Shown here: one piece after another, positions 37,190 to 38,370 of the stretch | Numbering within the stretch: position 1 is the first letter of the stretch | How the letters are laid out: each line of letters begins with the position of its first letter | Position numbers and translations under genes: made by a program | Notes under the pieces: generated by a model | Told to the model about the DNA's origin: nothing | Seen by the model: the letters and a program-made list of their open reading frames with translations, nothing else | Databases searched by the model: none | Assembly (NCBI GenBank): GCA_902787255.1 | Contig: CADAFY010000001.1 | Coordinates: 22,852 to 61,221, forward strand | Source of the DNA: an uncultured Bacteroidia bacterium | GTDB taxonomy: Bacteria; Bacteroidota; Bacteroidia; Bacteroidales; UBA932 | Direction: 5' to 3' | Length of the DNA: 38,370 bases

Positions 37190-38370
37190 ATGAGCGCGAT
37201 AGAAGAAAAGAAAGCATTTAAGGCCGTTTTTGTGGGCATCATCCGTCAAGGAGAAGAAGAGGCCCGTGTCCGGGAGTATCTGGACGAACTCCGTTTTCTC
37301 GCGGAGACCGCCGGTGCGATTCCGGACCGTCAGTTTATCCAGAAGGTGGACCGGGCGGACAAGGCGACCTATATCCGCAGCGGAAAGGTGCAGGAAATAG
37401 GGGAGTACTGTGAAGAAAACGGCATCGAGTATGTGATTTTCGATGACGAACTTACCGGTGTGCAGCAGCGCAACATCGAAAAAATCCTCAAGACGGTGAC
37501 GGTCATCGACCGGACCAGCCTGATTTTGGAGATATTCTCGCAGCGGGCCCGGACGGCCTACGCGCGTATGCAGGTGGACCTCGCGCGTTATAATTATATG
37601 TTGCCGCGTCTGGCGGGTATGTGGACGCACTTGGAGCGGCAGCGCGGCGGCGTGGGGATGCGCGGCGGTATGGGCGAGACCCAAATCGAGATTGACCGGC
37701 GCATCGTCAAGGATAAAATTGCCAAACTGAAGGAGCAACTCAAGAAGGTGGACCGTCAGATGGCTACCCAGAGGAGCAACCGGGGACAACTGGTGCGGCT
37801 CTCGCTGGTGGGGTATACCAATGTGGGCAAGAGTACGCTGATGAACTTGCTGGCGAAGTCGGACGTGTTCGCGGAGAACAAGTTGTTTGCTACGCTCGAT
37901 ACGACGGTGCGCAAGGTGGTCATCGAGAATTGCCCGTTCCTGCTGAGCGACACGGTGGGCTTTATCCGCAAATTGCCCACGGAGTTGATCGAAGCGTTCA
38001 AAAGTACGCTGGACGAGGTTCGCGAGGCAGATATCCTGGTGCACGTGGTGGACATTTCCCATCCGGATTTCGAGGCGCAGATGGCGGTGGTCGAGAAGAC
38101 GCTGGCCGATATCGGAGCGGCGGACAAGCCGATATTCACGATTTTCAACAAAATCGACCAATACGAATACGAGCCTTACGACACTTTCTCCCTGGAGCCC
38201 AAAAGCAAGAGGAACTGGTCGCTGGACGACTGGAAGGCGGATTGGATGGAGCGCAAGGGTACGCCCGGCATCTTCATTTCCGCCAAAAACAAAACGGGCA
38301 TCGACAAACTCAAGGCAGATATGTACAAGATGGTCGCAGAAATCCACGCCGGCCGCTATCCCTTCAATAA
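37190..38370 (+). CDS. hflX: GTPase HflX (3' end truncated by window edge)
   Basis: Not in the ORF track because it has no stop inside the window. Hand translation from ATG 37190: YLDELRFLAETAG, FDDELTGVQQRNIE, GETQIEIDRR, VGYTNVGKSTL (G1), LFATLDTT (G2), DTVGF (G3), NKID (G4). Confidence 0.95.
   Translation, partial: MSAIEEKKAFKAVFVGIIRQGEEEARVREYLDELRFLAETAGAIPDRQFIQKVDRADKATYIRSGKVQEIGEYCEENGIEYVIFDDELTGVQQRNIEKILKTVTVIDRTSLILEIFSQRARTAYARMQVDLARYNYMLPRLAGMWTHLERQRGGVGMRGGMGETQIEIDRRIVKDKIAKLKEQLKKVDRQMATQRSNRGQLVRLSLVGYTNVGKSTLMNLLAKSDVFAENKLFATLDTTVRKVVIENCPFLLSDTVGFIRKLPTELIEAFKSTLDEVREADILVHVVDISHPDFEAQMAVVEKTLADIGAADKPIFTIFNKIDQYEYEPYDTFSLEPKSKRNWSLDDWKADWMERKGTPGIFISAKNKTGIDKLKADMYKMVAEIHAGRYPFN

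Noticed and set aside
37930-38370. 146-aa plus-strand ORF at the window end
   Set aside because: Out-of-frame overlap within hflX.

Overview
Chromosomal segment of a Bacteroidales bacterium (inferred from TAnnTTTG -7 promoter motifs and Bacteroidota-type gene clusters) that probably contains the replication origin. Housekeeping genes: leuS (frameshifted by an apparent short deletion), gyrA, a long RelA/SpoT homologue, a ppiD/SurA-like chaperone, lptC, mfd, ruvB, ruvA, mnmG, ybeY, tonB and hflX (partial). A candidate oriC (degenerate DnaA boxes plus a DnaA-trio-like run) lies between mfd and ruvB, and two parS-like palindromes lie next to and inside mnmG. The most striking element is a two-gene operon at 10911-18626 on the minus strand. 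It encodes a lipoprotein with OmpA-C-like and TPR regions that carries an in-frame A15 tract (candidate phase-variation switch), followed by a 1897-aa outer-membrane protein made of eight tandem OmpA-like beta-barrel repeats in an (AB)x4 pattern plus a C-terminal DUF3575-like barrel. Other oddities are a catalytically degenerate M28 peptidase fused to a TonB C-terminal domain, a synthetase-degenerate RSH, and an AT-rich M64 peptidase cassette with an unannotated 50-aa upstream peptide ORF between ruvB and ruvA. All family assignments come from motifs recognised by eye; no database searches were run.
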